A stretch of DNA of 64,000 nt, from the NCBI GenBank assembly GCA_015069165.1, contig SVJD01000005.1, forward strand, positions 6,021 to 70,020. Reading direction: 5' to 3'. Every line of letters starts with the position of its first letter. Position 1 is the first letter of the stretch. The translations under genes were made by a program, and so were the position numbers. Under the pieces are notes generated by a model that did no database searches, was not told the DNA's origin, and saw only the letters and a list, made by a program, of their open reading frames with translations. Source of the stretch: Oscillospiraceae bacterium. Its GTDB lineage: Bacteria; Bacillota; Clostridia; UBA1212; UBA1255. Of the stretch, positions 21,095 through 29,889 are shown piece by piece.

Positions 21095-22827
21095 TATACC
21101 TTCTCCTCAATTTCACGCTTAAGCTGTTCAATCAAAGCGCAAACTTCGTCAATAATTTGATCTTTTGCTACTTTCTTGCTTACTTTCTTATCGCGTGTAG
21201 AAAGTTCAATCATGTTTTCACCCAAGGATCTCGGGCTTACAACAACTCTTACGGGAACACCTAACAAATCAGCATCAGAGAACATTACACCTGCACGTAC
21301 ATCGCGGTCATCATAAATAACCTCAATGCCTTTTTTCTGTAATTTCTCATATACATCATCGGCTGCTGCTTTTACAACTTCGTCGTCAGCTCTTAAGCAG
21401 CAAAGATGAACTTGCCAAGGCGCAATTGAAATAGGCCAAATCGGACCGTAATCGTCTCTGTAAGCTTCGCAAACAGAAGCAGCAAGACGGCCGACACCGA
21501 TTCCGTAGCAACCCATAATAGGATATTGCAAGTTGCCTTCTTTATCCAAATACTGCATACCCATTGTTTTTGTGTATTTTGTGCCAAGCTGGAATATATT
21601 ACCAACTTCAATACCTCTTGAAACATTGATTGAATGTTTGCCGCACTTAGGACAAATGCCGCCTTCTTTGATTTTTGCTACGTCAACGTATTCGACCTTG
21701 CCGTAATCACGCTCGATATTAAAGTTAACATAGTGATAATCGAGTTCGTTAGCTCCGCAACACACATTAACCATGCCTTGCAAAGATTTATCAAATACAA
21801 TTGTATGTTTCTTTGAATCCAACCCTTTAGGTCCGATAAAGCCGGCTACAATGCCGGATTCTTCTGTAATAACACCGGGGTGAATTTCTTCTCCGACATA
21901 ATTACGCAATTTAGTTTCGTTAACCTCGATGTCGCCTCTTAAAAATACAACAACATATTCGTCTGTCATATTTTTCTGGTATACAACTGCTTTGCAAGAT
22001 TTTTCAACAGGCGCATTAAGGAACTCGCATACTGCCTCAATTGTAGATGTATGCGGTGTTTCAACCTTAGTAAGTTCTTTAAGTTCCTCTGTTGAATCAT
22101 TCTCAATAATGCTTTCTGCCGCTTCCATATTTGCTCTGTAATCACACTCTGCACAAACTGCAATCGTATCCTCACCTACAGGCGTAAGCAACATATATTC
22201 GTGTGAAACGTTACCTCCCATCATTCCGGAGTCAGATTGAACAGTAACGACCTCGGGAATTCCGGCTCTTGCGAAAATTCTGTTGTATGCATCGTAGCAT
22301 CTTTGATAATAACTTTCTAAATCTTCTTGCGAAGTGTGGAAAGAGTACGCATCTTTCATTGTAAATTCGCGCACACGAATAAGACCTGCTCTCGGTCTTG
22401 CTTCGTCACGGAATTTTGTCTGAATCTGATATATCATAAAAGGATAACGTGTATAACTGATACCGTATTCGCGTACCAATTGTACGGCAGCTTCCTCATG
22501 CGTCATACCGAGTACCATTTGCGCATTGTTTCTGTCTTTGAAACGAAGAAGCTCACTGCCTACGCTTTCGAAGCGTCCGGATTCTTCCCAAAGACTTGCA
22601 GGAAGCGCAACCGGAAAGAGTACTTCTTGTCCGTCAATCGCATCCATTTCTTCTCTGATTATCTGCTCAATTTTACGGCAAATACGTTTAAGGGGCATAT
22701 ATTGTGAAAAAATACCGCTTGCAACGAATTTCATATATCCGCCTCTGAGCATCAAAGAGTGACTTTCAATTACACAATCTGCGGGCTTTTCTTTAAATCT
22801 GTCGCCCACAAGCTTTTCTAATTTCAT
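21094..22827 (-). CDS. proS: proline--tRNA ligase (bacterial type with INS editing domain)
   Basis: Class II aaRS motifs (FRDE.RPR.GL.R.REF), a central insertion domain and a C-terminal anticodon-binding domain; 577 aa. Confidence 0.95.
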   Translation of the reverse strand: MKLEKLVGDRFKEKPADCVIESHSLMLRGGYMKFVASGIFSQYMPLKRICRKIEQIIREEMDAIDGQEVLFPVALPASLWEESGRFESVGSELLRFKDRNNAQMVLGMTHEEAAVQLVREYGISYTRYPFMIYQIQTKFRDEARPRAGLIRVREFTMKDAYSFHTSQEDLESYYQRCYDAYNRIFARAGIPEVVTVQSDSGMMGGNVSHEYMLLTPVGEDTIAVCAECDYRANMEAAESIIENDSTEELKELTKVETPHTSTIEAVCEFLNAPVEKSCKAVVYQKNMTDEYVVVFLRGDIEVNETKLRNYVGEEIHPGVITEESGIVAGFIGPKGLDSKKHTIVFDKSLQGMVNVCCGANELDYHYVNFNIERDYGKVEYVDVAKIKEGGICPKCGKHSINVSRGIEVGNIFQLGTKYTKTMGMQYLDKEGNLQYPIMGCYGIGVGRLAASVCEAYRDDYGPIWPISIAPWQVHLCCLRADDEVVKAAADDVYEKLQKKGIEVIYDDRDVRAGVMFSDADLLGVPVRVVVSPRSLGENMIELSTRDKKVSKKVAKDQIIDEVCALIEQLKREIEEKV

Positions 22828-22851
22828 AATTTCAACTCCTGAATTTATTTA

Positions 22852-23676
22852 TTAACCTTGTGATGATTGTGTTGTATGTTCAACTATCCATTTATCAATG
22901 CTGCCGTCTGCAATCAAACGCTCAATTACTTTGTTAACTTTTTCGAGGAGCTCGTCATTGCCTTTTGCAATTGCAACAGCATAAGATTCGTCTGTCTTGC
23001 TGCCGTCTGCATAAACGAGTTCGATTGCTTTGAAGTTATCATACTGTCCTGCAACAATTTCTGCGGGGAGCTTGTCGATTACAACAACATCAACTTTGCC
23101 TGAATTCATGTTTACTGCTGCATCCGCTGCTGAATTGTACTGTGTAACCGTTGCACCCGTACCTTCGAGTACACCTTTGATATGCTCTCCTGTTTTCTCA
23201 TCCTCTGTTCCTGATATTTCGTCAGAAATGATAAAGTCTCCTGTAGTACCGAGCTGAACACCGATTTTAAGTCCTGCAAGGTCTTCGATTTTTTCAATTT
23301 CAGCATCGTTCTTCATTACGATATACTGAGTACTTGTTGCATAATTTACAGAGAAGTTTACAGATTCTTTTCTTTCGTCTGTAACTGTGATACCTGCAAT
23401 ACCCAAATCACCCTTACCGGAGCTGATTGATGTAAGAATTGTATCGAATTTTACATTTTTAATTTCAAGCTTCATTCCGAGCTCATCTGCAATAGCTTGA
23501 GCAATCTGCATATCTACACCAACAGGCTTATTGTCTGCAAGATATTCAAAAGGCGGAAACTCTGCATTTGTATAAACTGTAAGTACATCTTCCTCTTTCT
23601 TGCACGATGTCAAAGCGAATGCTGACATAACTACTGCGAGAACCAATAATACTGAAATAATTTTTTTGAATTTCAT
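22852..23676 (-). CDS. polar amino acid ABC transporter substrate-binding lipoprotein (orphan)
   Basis: Lipobox LTSC. SBP_bac_3 pattern (NAEFPPFEY, GKGDLGIAGITVTDERK, FSVNY). The preferred start, ATG at 23676, gives MKFKKIISV... Confidence 0.85.
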   Translation of the reverse strand: MKFKKIISVLLVLAVVMSAFALTSCKKEEDVLTVYTNAEFPPFEYLADNKPVGVDMQIAQAIADELGMKLEIKNVKFDTILTSISSGKGDLGIAGITVTDERKESVNFSVNYATSTQYIVMKNDAEIEKIEDLAGLKIGVQLGTTGDFIISDEISGTEDEKTGEHIKGVLEGTGATVTQYNSAADAAVNMNSGKVDVVVIDKLPAEIVAGQYDNFKAIELVYADGSKTDESYAVAIAKGNDELLEKVNKVIERLIADGSIDKWIVEHTTQSSQG

Positions 23677-23713
23677 AAAATGAAACACTCCAATCATATA
23701 ATGTTATCACTGA

Positions 23714-23743
23714 ATTATAGCACATTCAAATTATTTGTTGCAA
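23714..23743 (-). promoter_or_regulatory. sigma-A-type promoter of the SBP-proS transcription unit
   Basis: On the minus strand: TTGCAA (23743-23738), 18-nt spacer, extended -10 TGcTATAAT (TATAAT at 23719-23714). Confidence 0.45.
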
Positions 23744-23767
23744 TATGGTATTTTTCAAAAAAAGGCA

Positions 23768-23796
23768 TTGACATTAAATGTTTATTTGTGTATACT
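23768..23796 (+). promoter_or_regulatory. sigma-A-type promoter for tRNA-Trp
   Basis: TTGACA (23768-23773), 17-nt spacer, TATACT (23791-23796). Confidence 0.45.
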
Positions 23797-23808
23797 TACA
23801 GAGCTCTA

Positions 23809-23883
23809 AGGGGAGTAGTTCAATGGTAGAGCAACGGTCTCCAAAACCGTCTGTTGCGTGTTCGAGTCGCGTCTCCCCTGCCA
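23809..23883 (+). tRNA. tRNA-Trp (anticodon CCA)
   Basis: Acceptor AGGGGAG/CTCCCCT; anticodon stem ACGGT/ACCGT with loop CTCCAAA; T-loop TTCGAGT; encoded GCCA end. Confidence 0.9.
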
Positions 23884-23894
23884 GATAACATAAA

Positions 23895-23934
23895 ACGAAC
23901 TTGTTAGTTAATAACAAGTTCGTTTTTTTATTTT
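23895..23934. terminator. bidirectional rho-independent terminator
   Basis: 12-bp stem ACGAACTTGTTA / TAACAAGTTCGT with a 5-nt loop, then a T7 run. It lies between tRNA-Trp (+) and the convergent minus-strand gene. Confidence 0.7.
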
Positions 23935-23953
23935 CCGATTGTTAATTCAAATT

Positions 23954-25501
23954 TTATTTCCCGAATTTCTTGTTTGCAGACCTTATTGCAAGAAGCACTG
24001 CAATACCAAAACAAACTATACTGCCGACAATAAGTGCTATATTCCATCCCTTGCCGGTTTTTTTCTCTGTTTTGTCTGCAGGAGAATTTGTCTTATCTGC
24101 AATTTCCGGAACCGCAGTCGCATCAGACTCTGTGTTATCTTCAGCGGGAGCATTTCTGTCTTTGCCATGAGAAAGAATAACTGAATTCACGACTGTACGC
24201 GTAGCACCGTAATTACCGTTAGAATCCTTATCACAAGGTCTGTTTACAAGTTTATAGCCGTCTTCTTCCAAAGCAATCAGTGTAGACGAACCACCGCCAT
24301 CAACAATAAAAGCATTTTTCAAATCAAGTTCTCTTGCAAGATTATCACAGTCATTATGTCTTAAACCAAGACTGTACCCCTCTTGTCTGCCGTCATTCTG
24401 AATAAGCATAACATTTCCGGAATTTGTTTCTGCAATAATAGTAGACGGATAATACGACGGTGCTCCGAGGTCTATGTATTCGCCGTTTTTAGCAAAAACC
24501 ATATGACCGCCAACTGCGTTTTTAATTTCATTTTGCCATACCGCATCATTTCCGAATTCATCTTTCACTGTAATTGAAATTTCAACTTCGTCGCCTATCA
24601 CATAGTCTTTAATTTTTTTCTCAGCACTTCCTCTTGCTGTTAAAATAATTCTGTTTGCTTGCATTTTAGGATCAGCATCGCCCTCTTTGCAAATGGCAGT
24701 AACTTTTCCCTTAATCGTCTCGCCATGCTTAACAACATAATCATAATCACAATCAACAACAACCTCATAGGCATCGGAAAGCGAATAATTTGAAAGTACG
24801 CCTTTGTCTGTATACATTACCAAAGCATTTTTAGCAGGAAGTCTGTTGATGCCGTTTATTGCTTTCGATGTGTCTTGAGTTATGTTTTTAATTTTGATTG
24901 TAGTTTTAGGTTGTCCGAGATACGGTTTATTGTCTGCAGTAAATCCAAAAGATTGGAAAGCACCTTCATACGGTGTTTCTTGCATCATGTGAGCACTTGT
25001 TATAATCTCTCCGTTGTACATATTAAAACCACGAGGTACTGTAAGAGATTTAGTTACTACAGCATCACTACAACCGCCATAAACAGTACCGGAACCTTCA
25101 ACTCTTGCATGAGCATAAGCAACCATCCACAAATCGCCGTTTACTGCAGCAATAGCAGTTTTTCCCTCCGTGTTATTCTTGTTAAAGTCCTCGACAGTTT
25201 TCATTACTGTCTTAAGTTCATTTGAGTAATCCGCCGCATTTGTAACATCTATGTACAAATCACTCTGTTTCGGATCAAATTCTACAATTTTAAATTTATT
25301 AAGCGTATACGAAGACTTTTGATCAACCTCGAAGCTTGTAAGGGTTACACCTTTATAAAGCTCGGTAACTTCAACGTTCTTTGCCTCCGGTATAGGTTGC
25401 TTCACTTTTGCACTGATAAAATTACTTCCAAAAAGCGTAACAATCAATACGCAACAAATTAAAGCTGATAAAATTTTCTTTAATACTATCTTTTTTTTCA
25501 A
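23954..25501 (-). CDS. phosphodiester glycosidase family protein (NAGPA/DUF2233-like), surface-anchored
   Basis: Signal peptide, AAVNGDLW and FIVDGGGSSTL motifs typical of the family, and a C-terminal TM anchor (WNIALIVGSIVCFGIAVLLAI). Confidence 0.75.
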   Translation of the reverse strand: MKKKIVLKKILSALICCVLIVTLFGSNFISAKVKQPIPEAKNVEVTELYKGVTLTSFEVDQKSSYTLNKFKIVEFDPKQSDLYIDVTNAADYSNELKTVMKTVEDFNKNNTEGKTAIAAVNGDLWMVAYAHARVEGSGTVYGGCSDAVVTKSLTVPRGFNMYNGEIITSAHMMQETPYEGAFQSFGFTADNKPYLGQPKTTIKIKNITQDTSKAINGINRLPAKNALVMYTDKGVLSNYSLSDAYEVVVDCDYDYVVKHGETIKGKVTAICKEGDADPKMQANRIILTARGSAEKKIKDYVIGDEVEISITVKDEFGNDAVWQNEIKNAVGGHMVFAKNGEYIDLGAPSYYPSTIIAETNSGNVMLIQNDGRQEGYSLGLRHNDCDNLARELDLKNAFIVDGGGSSTLIALEEDGYKLVNRPCDKDSNGNYGATRTVVNSVILSHGKDRNAPAEDNTESDATAVPEIADKTNSPADKTEKKTGKGWNIALIVGSIVCFGIAVLLAIRSANKKFGK

Positions 25502-26484
25502 TTTCCTGAATCTCCTTTTAAAGACTTTCCCTTCTTCATTTTTTGTGCTAAAGCACTGTCATCGTCAAGGAAAAGTGTGCAGATTATTCCAATAACAACA
25601 AGCAAAGCATCTATAACGAGAACGCCGATTATTCCGTCTGCCAAACCGCCGCCCGTAAATATTGCTTTGAACCTGTCATCCAGCAACACTCCGTCTGCAA
25701 AGAGAATAATTACAGCTCCGAGTACCATTCCTGAAACCCCGTAGTAAACTTGCGCTTCAAATTTCGCAAGAAGTTTTGCAATAAGTTTTGCAATTATAAG
25801 GAATCCCAACACACCGCCGATTGCAAAAACAATAGCAGTTCCCAAAGAACGGCTTGCAAGCAGTGCATTTTCAAAATCACCTTTTAAAATAAACTTTACC
25901 ATGTCCGAGCAATCTCCCACTGCTCCGTAAACTTTATTATACTGTCCCAATACCATCAAAGTAACGGAACCGCTTACGCCGGGTATAGACATAAAAGCAC
26001 AAGATAAAAATCCTGCTACAAAAACAGCAATAACATCACTGAAACCGGTTAAGTAATGAACTGTTTCAGAAATTGTAACATCACCCTCGCCGCCGGACAA
26101 ATAACCCATAAGTAAAATAAAACCAAAACTGAACAAAGTAATTAATAAGTAAGCAGGTTTAAATTTTATCTGTTTTACTTTTCTGAGTACAAGAGGTATA
26201 CTTCCCAAAACAAGACCTATAAAGAAGAAATACGCTTGCTGAGGATACTTCTCACATAAATCAACTATCAATTTAGCTGATAAAAGTATACCAATGACTC
26301 CGCCTATTACGATAGGCAACAAAAATAAAACGTTCTTTTTAAAGTTTTTCCTCAGGGTGCTGATTGAATTAATCATTTTTTCATATAATCCAACGATTAC
26401 AGCAAACATACTACCTGACAAACCCGGTATTACAACCGCAATTCCTACAATTATTCCTTTTATAAAATTTATGATGAAAGACAT
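25498..26484 (-). CDS. DUF368 family membrane protein (PopT-type polyprenyl-phosphate transporter candidate)
   Basis: Polytopic protein with duplicated IPG(L/V)SGS motifs (VVIPGLSGSMFA, MSIPGVSGSVTL). A 4-nt overlap couples it to the downstream gene. Confidence 0.8.
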   Translation of the reverse strand: MSFIINFIKGIIVGIAVVIPGLSGSMFAVIVGLYEKMINSISTLRKNFKKNVLFLLPIVIGGVIGILLSAKLIVDLCEKYPQQAYFFFIGLVLGSIPLVLRKVKQIKFKPAYLLITLFSFGFILLMGYLSGGEGDVTISETVHYLTGFSDVIAVFVAGFLSCAFMSIPGVSGSVTLMVLGQYNKVYGAVGDCSDMVKFILKGDFENALLASRSLGTAIVFAIGGVLGFLIIAKLIAKLLAKFEAQVYYGVSGMVLGAVIILFADGVLLDDRFKAIFTGGGLADGIIGVLVIDALLVVIGIICTLFLDDDSALAQKMKKGKSLKGDSGN

Positions 26485-26572
26485 TGTCTACCTCCTTTTT
26501 TTATAGTATAATGGATATGTTTTTTATTTGCAATTTTATTTTGATTAATATTCCAAAAGCGGAGCGTTATAT

Positions 26573-27085
26573 ATGGGTAATTTTCACGCATTTTTAAAAA
26601 AGAACAAGCAGCCTCTTATCATTGCGTTAGCCTTATCTTTGATAAACCTTCTTGCGATTTTAATTTTTGATTTGCAAACATTTTCATTTGAAACAAGAAA
26701 GCTCAGCATTCCGGAAATAATTTTTTCAAGCGGAACGATACTTTTTTTAATTATCCTTTGTATCTTTATGCGAGTAAAACGATATTCAAAACTTGCAAAA
26801 GGTCTTTTTTTCTATGAATTAATAGGTTTTTTAGCCTTTGCATTGTACTTTTTTACTTTTATATTCAGCATTAGCGCGCAATCTGTTTTCTACAGTCTTT
26901 TTCATTCATGGACGATTCCGTTCGAACCTCTCGGCGTTTTATTAGGACGCATTTGCGGTATAAAAGCAAAATATATCGTAGCACTTTTTTATCTTACAGT
27001 TACATTTATAACAGGCAAAACCGTAATTGCCATCAAAAAAGATATTGCATACGAAAAGCAATACAAAGAAGACCATCATTTGTAA
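26573..27085 (+). CDS. hypothetical membrane protein
   Basis: 170 aa with about five predicted TM helices. RBS GGAG. No family recognised. Confidence 0.5.
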   Translation: MGNFHAFLKKNKQPLIIALALSLINLLAILIFDLQTFSFETRKLSIPEIIFSSGTILFLIILCIFMRVKRYSKLAKGLFFYELIGFLAFALYFFTFIFSISAQSVFYSLFHSWTIPFEPLGVLLGRICGIKAKYIVALFYLTVTFITGKTVIAIKKDIAYEKQYKEDHHL

Positions 27086-28555
27086 TTATTTATTTTTCAT
27101 TTCAATAACAGATACACTGTTAGCCACATTTTTCCAATCCGTGCTATATTTTTCTTTAGGTGAATTTCGCAATTCAAACCCCGTTCCTTGAACATAATCA
27201 CGCATAAGCTCTATGATACTTGTATTCATTGTTTCTTCTGATAAAGCAAATAAATATGTTAATGCCGATGACATAACAGGAATCGAAACACCGCCTTCTG
27301 CTGCTTTGATAATTACATTTTGCAAAGACGGCAAATATCTTTTTACCGTTGAAATAAAATATCCGTCTTCCAAAAGATTTTTTAAATCCGGTTTATTTTT
27401 GTATGCATCTATAATTCTCGAAAGGAGCCTTGATCTTATATATGCCCCTCCTTGGAAAGTTATTGCAACATCTAATGCAGAAGTACCCCAGATTCCCACC
27501 GAAGATTTACGTCTTAGAAGATTAAAGGCTTGAGCATGTACACAAATCAAGCTTAAGTATAAGGCATTTTTTATGTCCGTAACAAAAGTCTTTCTTTCTC
27601 TTTGTTTAAGAACTATATTACTCTTTTCTTTTGCAATCAAATCTGAATAAGATGTTCTTTCTTTTTTTAATCCAGATAAAAACCTGTTATTTAGTGATGC
27701 ATAAATCGACGGAACAGGCTCCGACAATTCCGCTGCACTCTCACAAAGCCACAATACAGATTTGCCGTTACCCACCTTATCCGAAACAGTATTTTTAAAA
27801 AATTCTCCTGTTGCAGAATCATTTTTAGTTAATATTTCATAAGCTATTTGCATAAGGAAACTCTCGTTTTCACCAATCGACCATTCTCCGAATGTTTCAA
27901 GAATGATATTATTGTCAAAATCAGCAACATGCTCTAAAAGAGATATACTTTCACAGATTGATTGCATAATGCCATACTCTATACCATTATGTATCATTTT
28001 TACATATTGGCCCGCGCCATCCGGTCCTACGTATGCACAACATTCCTGACCGGCAAATTTCGATGACTGGTCTTTAAGCAAATCACGTATTTCATCATAA
28101 GCATCTCTTGAGCCGCCTACCATTAAAGAAATGCTTGATCCCCCTGCAGCCTCTCCGGAAAAACCCACTCCCAGATACGAAACATCTTTCTTTTCAAAAA
28201 GCCTGCATCTGGCTGTGGTTATATTGTAATCAGCATCACAAGTGTCAATAATAATATCATTTGCCTCAGAAAACTCATATAATTCTTGCAAAACAGTATC
28301 GGCATATAATTTACTTTGACTTACAATAAAAATCCTTCTTGGTTTTTTTAATAAATTAAGCATTATTTCCACAGATGTGGTTGTAAGTATTTCTTCCTGA
28401 TGCATATCCGAAACATAATTGTTGATTTCGCCTCTTGACATTCTTTCAAGTCCTGTATTGTATAAAACACAAGAATACCCGTTGCCTTTTAATCTTCGGG
28501 CAAAATTACATCCTATCTCAGAATCTGTTATAACGCCTACTTCATATTTATTCAA
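27086..28555 (-). CDS. 6-phosphogluconate dehydrogenase family protein, divergent (atypical dinucleotide-binding motif)
   Basis: KMIHNGIEYGIMQ matches the 6PGDH catalytic signature, and GFSGEAAGG matches the substrate loop. In the N-terminal Rossmann motif GVITDSEIGCNFA replaces the canonical GxxGxxxxGxN. TTG start. Confidence 0.7.
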   Translation of the reverse strand: MNKYEVGVITDSEIGCNFARRLKGNGYSCVLYNTGLERMSRGEINNYVSDMHQEEILTTTSVEIMLNLLKKPRRIFIVSQSKLYADTVLQELYEFSEANDIIIDTCDADYNITTARCRLFEKKDVSYLGVGFSGEAAGGSSISLMVGGSRDAYDEIRDLLKDQSSKFAGQECCAYVGPDGAGQYVKMIHNGIEYGIMQSICESISLLEHVADFDNNIILETFGEWSIGENESFLMQIAYEILTKNDSATGEFFKNTVSDKVGNGKSVLWLCESAAELSEPVPSIYASLNNRFLSGLKKERTSYSDLIAKEKSNIVLKQRERKTFVTDIKNALYLSLICVHAQAFNLLRRKSSVGIWGTSALDVAITFQGGAYIRSRLLSRIIDAYKNKPDLKNLLEDGYFISTVKRYLPSLQNVIIKAAEGGVSIPVMSSALTYLFALSEETMNTSIIELMRDYVQGTGFELRNSPKEKYSTDWKNVANSVSVIEMKNK

Positions 28556-28584
28556 AACAATTCACATCCTCTGTTCTTTAGCAA

Positions 28585-29865
28585 TCAAACAAATTTTATA
28601 TTATCTACTTCGTGTATAATTTTTTCTTCATCAAGCCGCGTAAGTACTTTGTTTTGCATTAATATTTCTCCGTTTACAATCACAGTATCAACATCAGAGC
28701 CCTGCATTGCATAAACAATCAAAGCATCAATGTCATTTACTGGATGCAAATGAGGAGCAGACATATCTATCATTATCATATCAGCTTTTTGGCTTTCTTT
28801 AATTTGTCTGCCCAATGTAGCAGCTTTAATTACTTGTTTCGGAGATACCAATGTAGGATCTTTATGAAGTCCTTTATAAAGAATTCCCGCAAGATGCATT
28901 TCCTCAAACATATTTAAATTATTATTACTTGCGCATCCATCTGTTCCAAATCCTACTTTTACGCCTGTTTCCAACATTCCCGGAAGATTCGGAATACCGC
29001 TTGCAAGTTTCAAGTTACTTGTAAGGTTAATTGCAGCAAGCACATCATGTTTCTTTAAAACTTGCATTTCTTCCTCAGTCATATGCACACAGTGAGCTGC
29101 CGTAACAGGCACATCAAAAGCACCGATATTCTCGAAGAATTCAACAGGACGCACACCCAAATCATTCAATGCATCAGTCACTTCTTTTTCTGTTTCTTGC
29201 AAGTGCATATTTATCCCTATATTGTTGCTTTTGGAAAAATCAACAACATCTTTTAAAAACGCAGTATCATACAGATATACGGAATGAATTTCACTTAAAA
29301 GAGTTATCCTGCCATCTGCCTTTCCTCTCCACTCTTTTATAATCTTCTCTCCATCTCCAAAAGCAGAACTCGTTATTCTTTTTCCTGAACTCCAATCATT
29401 ATGAAGCAACTCCACACTTAAAGAAGCTCTTAACCCGGATTCTTCAACCGCCATAGCTTGAGACTCAAAAGAGGGATACATATCAGTAAACTCAACAGTA
29501 CCCGACCTAATCATCTCTATTTGTCCTAAAAGCGAACCGTAATATATTGCCTGCGGTGCGAATTTTGCTTCTCTGGGAAAGATTTCTTCAAAGAGCCATC
29601 TGTGTAAAGGTAAATCACTTCCCACGTTCCTTAAAGCTGTCATAGGGCTATGCGTGTGAGTATTTACCAATCCCGGCATTACCAATTTATTTTCTGCATT
29701 TATTTCAGTTATTTTTTTCTGTTCCCTAATAAACGAATCAGCTATGCTGTTATCATCAGTCAAGTATTTTACCTTGTCCTCTTCGATGCATAAATATTTA
29801 TACTTTTTTATTCCTTCATCAGTATAAACAGCAACATTTTTTATTAGTATAGCCATTATCTTCAC
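28585..29865 (-). CDS. amidohydrolase family protein (MTA/SAH deaminase-like)
   Basis: Metal-binding PGLVNTHTHSPMT, the later GTDGCASNN and the overall MtaD-like layout. GTG start 6 nt after GGAAAGG. Confidence 0.75.
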   Translation of the reverse strand: MKIMAILIKNVAVYTDEGIKKYKYLCIEEDKVKYLTDDNSIADSFIREQKKITEINAENKLVMPGLVNTHTHSPMTALRNVGSDLPLHRWLFEEIFPREAKFAPQAIYYGSLLGQIEMIRSGTVEFTDMYPSFESQAMAVEESGLRASLSVELLHNDWSSGKRITSSAFGDGEKIIKEWRGKADGRITLLSEIHSVYLYDTAFLKDVVDFSKSNNIGINMHLQETEKEVTDALNDLGVRPVEFFENIGAFDVPVTAAHCVHMTEEEMQVLKKHDVLAAINLTSNLKLASGIPNLPGMLETGVKVGFGTDGCASNNNLNMFEEMHLAGILYKGLHKDPTLVSPKQVIKAATLGRQIKESQKADMIMIDMSAPHLHPVNDIDALIVYAMQGSDVDTVIVNGEILMQNKVLTRLDEEKIIHEVDNIKFV

Positions 29866-29889
29866 CTAATACCTTTCCGTGAAATAATA

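Noticed and set aside
22828-23808. T-box or other riboswitch leader for proS or the SBP gene.
   Set aside because: The available non-coding stretches are only 24 nt and about 40 nt downstream of the promoter. That is far too short for a T-box of about 200 nt or more.
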